Source: Convolutriloba macropyga
Taxonomy: Eukaryota
Length of the DNA stretch: 64,000 bases
Assembly (NCBI RefSeq): GCF_964194025.1
Contig: NC_134470.1
Location: 46,562,001 to 46,626,000, forward strand
Reading direction: 5' to 3'
Part shown: in pieces, positions 61,839 through 64,000 of the stretch
Numbering within the stretch: position 1 is the first letter of the stretch
Layout: each line of letters begins with the position of its first letter
The notes under the pieces: generated by a model
What the model was told of the DNA's origin: nothing
Seen by the model: only the letters and a program-made list of their open reading frames with translations
Databases searched by the model: none
Position numbers and translations under genes: made by a program

Positions 61839-62695
61839 ATGAATGAAATCACGGTTCACTTAGTTTCATCAGCCTCTATGAATATTTTTCATCAAAACAC
61901 ATTGTCCTCATTCAAAAATTGTTTCAATAAAGAAATAAATTTAGAGGGGGACTGGCGAGTTGCAGTAAGTGAAATTTTGCCCGGCAAAAATACATCAAGT
62001 GAACAAAATAGATTTAAAGATTTTTTCTTCTGAAGGGCCTAAGTTTTTTGAGAAAAATATTCCATTTGATGCTGTATCCAGACCGTACGGAGGAGAAAGA
62101 CGTATCATTGGAATTGGTTCCTATAGGAACCCTGACCATCTTTTGAGAGTCATAAAAACAGCTTCCGATTGACCTCATTTTGACTATCAATATAACAAAA
62201 TCAATGAGTTTTGTTGCTCTTTTTCGGTATAAACGAAGGAATTACTTTTCCGGATATCGAAATTCCAGACATACTAAGTTTCAACGGTTTTTATGATGGG
62301 TCTGGTTATCATATTGGATACAAGATGTTGGACACTTATGAAAGTCTGACCATGGCAGATGACGAAAAAAATTCGTCGTTGATTATCCTTTCGACTTGTC
62401 TTCAGGGAAACAGCTGATTTTAATTTACGTTAACATAATTGAATATCAATACGTAGGTGATACTAAAGCTCCTCTTATTCGAGTCATTGATTCAAAACAA
62501 CGCCTGAAAAACGGTAGCCCATGCGAAATTCAGCCAACACACAGGGTTGTTTTCAGCAACTTGGAATACAAAAAGTTACTATCAAAAAATTTTCATTCAA
62601 TTGAAATTCAATTGCGGACAGAAACCGGACAATTAGTTCCGTTCGCTGGAACAGGAAAAGTTATTTTGACTTTAAATTTTAAAAAATTCGACTAG
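61839..62695 (+). pseudogene. Polinton minor capsid (penton) protein
   Basis: Polinton penton-type N-terminus (V.L.SSASMNIF..NTLSSFKN....INLEGDWRVAVSEI) and C-terminus (IYVNIIEYQYVGDTKAPLIRVI..EYKKL....FHSIEIQLRTETGQLVPF..GKVILTLNFKK). Frameshifted. Confidence 0.85.
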
Positions 62696-63063
62696 ATCGA
62701 AGCCTACTATCAACAGCAATCAGTTTCACCATACATTTCAGAACACTATCGCCAACGAGGCAGTGGTTTGGGGCCGTAGCAGCAGGTACAGCCACATCCT
62801 CGATTGCAAGAAAATTTCTTTGGCCTGTAGCCAAAAAGATTGGACTTGAATTAATTGTTCCAGCAGCTCCTGAGCTAGTAGTGGTAGTTACAAAGAAAAA
62901 ACCTCCAAAACAAGCAATAAATTCGGCTGTGCAAAAAACTCTAAGGAAACAAGTGGGAGGATCAAAAACAGGGAGAATGCGTAAATTGAAAACCAGCAGT
63001 GAAAATCAAGTAATTCGTAAGAAGAAGCCTTTGACGAGAAGTCGGTCAAATTTTTTTTTCTAA
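62696..63063 (+). pseudogene. Small basic core/DNA-condensing protein of Polinton (adenoviral pVII/pX-like)
   Basis: Begins right after the penton stop with ATC (probably ex-ATG): EAYYQQQ...YRQRGSGLG, and ends RKQVGGSKTGRMRKLK..RKKKPLTRSRSNFF. Contains QxGxG-type motifs and a K/R-rich tail. Confidence 0.65.
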
Positions 63064-63071
63064 ATTTCAAA

Positions 63072-64000
63072 ATGATTACTATTTTACTGCCCGCAGATAC
63101 AACACACCACACTTGATTTGTTTGAAAAACAGCCTCTGCTTATTACTTTTGACAATGCTTTTACTCAAAAACTTGGGCCATCATATTCCCCGGTCGGTCC
63201 AATCTTGAGTTCGAAGTTTTGGGTGACAGGAACAATTTCATAGATTTACAGAAACTTCTCCTTGAAATTAAATGTAAAATCTCCCGAAACAATGACAGCG
63301 ATTTAAGGACAGCCACTGACGCTGCAAATACAGACGCGCCATACTTAAGCAAAAACGCACTACATTCTTTATTTTCAGAATGCACTGTATCTGCTAGTGG
63401 TGTTTAAGTTTCCAACATAATTGGAAACTATGCGCACAAAGCATTCATTGAAACGAATCTATCGTCGCGAAAAACTGCAAAAAAAACACACGGCTAGTTT
63501 GTCAGGGATATTTTTACGAGGACGAGCCAGCTAAAATTGACGGAACCGACGGTCGAGCGGTCGACATAGCGGCCAGAAAAGCTCTTGTAGCTAACTCCCA
63601 GGAAAACTTTTTTTGGAAAGCCGGCGAGTGACATTTTAACATGTGATAAACACTTACTTAGTGGTGTCACATTGCGAAATTCCTTTAGAATGTCTACAAA
63701 TGATTTTGTTGTGATTTCCGAGTCCAACAAACATTACAAAGTTAAAATAATTAAGGCTAATCTGTACGTTAGAAAAATGACAGTAGCGGATCATGTTTTG
63801 ACGGCGATTGAGAGAACTCTTCTAAAAACACCTGCAGTGTATCGCTATACAGAAGTATTGCCACGAACTTTTTTAGCTACAACTGGAGTAAGAAGTTGGA
63901 GCCGTGAGGATATTTTTTCGAAAGAAACAGTACGACGTATGATTATTGCAGTGGCAACAAATGAAGCATACCTCGGAACTAATCGCACTAACCTTTTTCA
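63072..64000 (+). pseudogene. Polinton major capsid protein (hexon-like double jelly roll), 5' part
   Basis: LDLFEKQPLLITFDNAF; GPILEFEVLGDRNNFIDLQKLLLEIKCKI; NALHSLFSECTVSA.G; GNYAHKAFIET; DILTCDKHLLSGVTLR; YKVKIIKANLYVRKMTVAD; AIERTLLKTPAVYRYTEV. Disrupted. Confidence 0.9.

Larger units (their letters stand above)
60921..64000 (+). mobile_element. Decayed Polinton/Maverick (adintovirus-like) endogenous element, running off the window
   Basis: Tightly packed co-oriented integrase, penton, small basic core protein and major capsid gene remnants. No TIR seen at the left end. Confidence 0.9.

Overview
AT-rich, repeat-dense eukaryotic (invertebrate-like; species not determinable from this window) genomic DNA with two assembly gaps. 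The only recognisable host gene is the 5' part of a spliced Shaw/Kv3-type voltage-gated potassium channel on the + strand: four phase-compatible exons at 50163-59786 encode an N-terminal extension and the complete T1 domain, and the gene continues beyond the window. The rest is largely mobile DNA. It includes a decayed Ty3/Gypsy pol, and a 5'-truncated Penelope-like element whose RT carries a PHD finger inserted between motifs B' and C (YVDD), with a C-terminal GIY-YIG and a hammerhead-like core downstream. There is also a young 5'-truncated CR1/L2-type LINE with an intact 499-aa RT frame, and a full-length BEL/Pao LTR element (162-bp LTRs, GATCA TSD, tRNA-Trp PBS) nested in an old LINE. Smaller elements are tRNA-derived SINEs, a Helentron/DINE-like element, MITEs and long hairpins, plus a ~3.5 kb diverged tandem duplication. 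A decayed Polinton/Maverick (adintovirus-like) integrase-penton-core-hexon module sits downstream of the last visible channel exon, probably intronic, and runs off the window end. The most notable observation is the PHD-in-RT Penelope-like element. All calls are by eye; no database searches were run.
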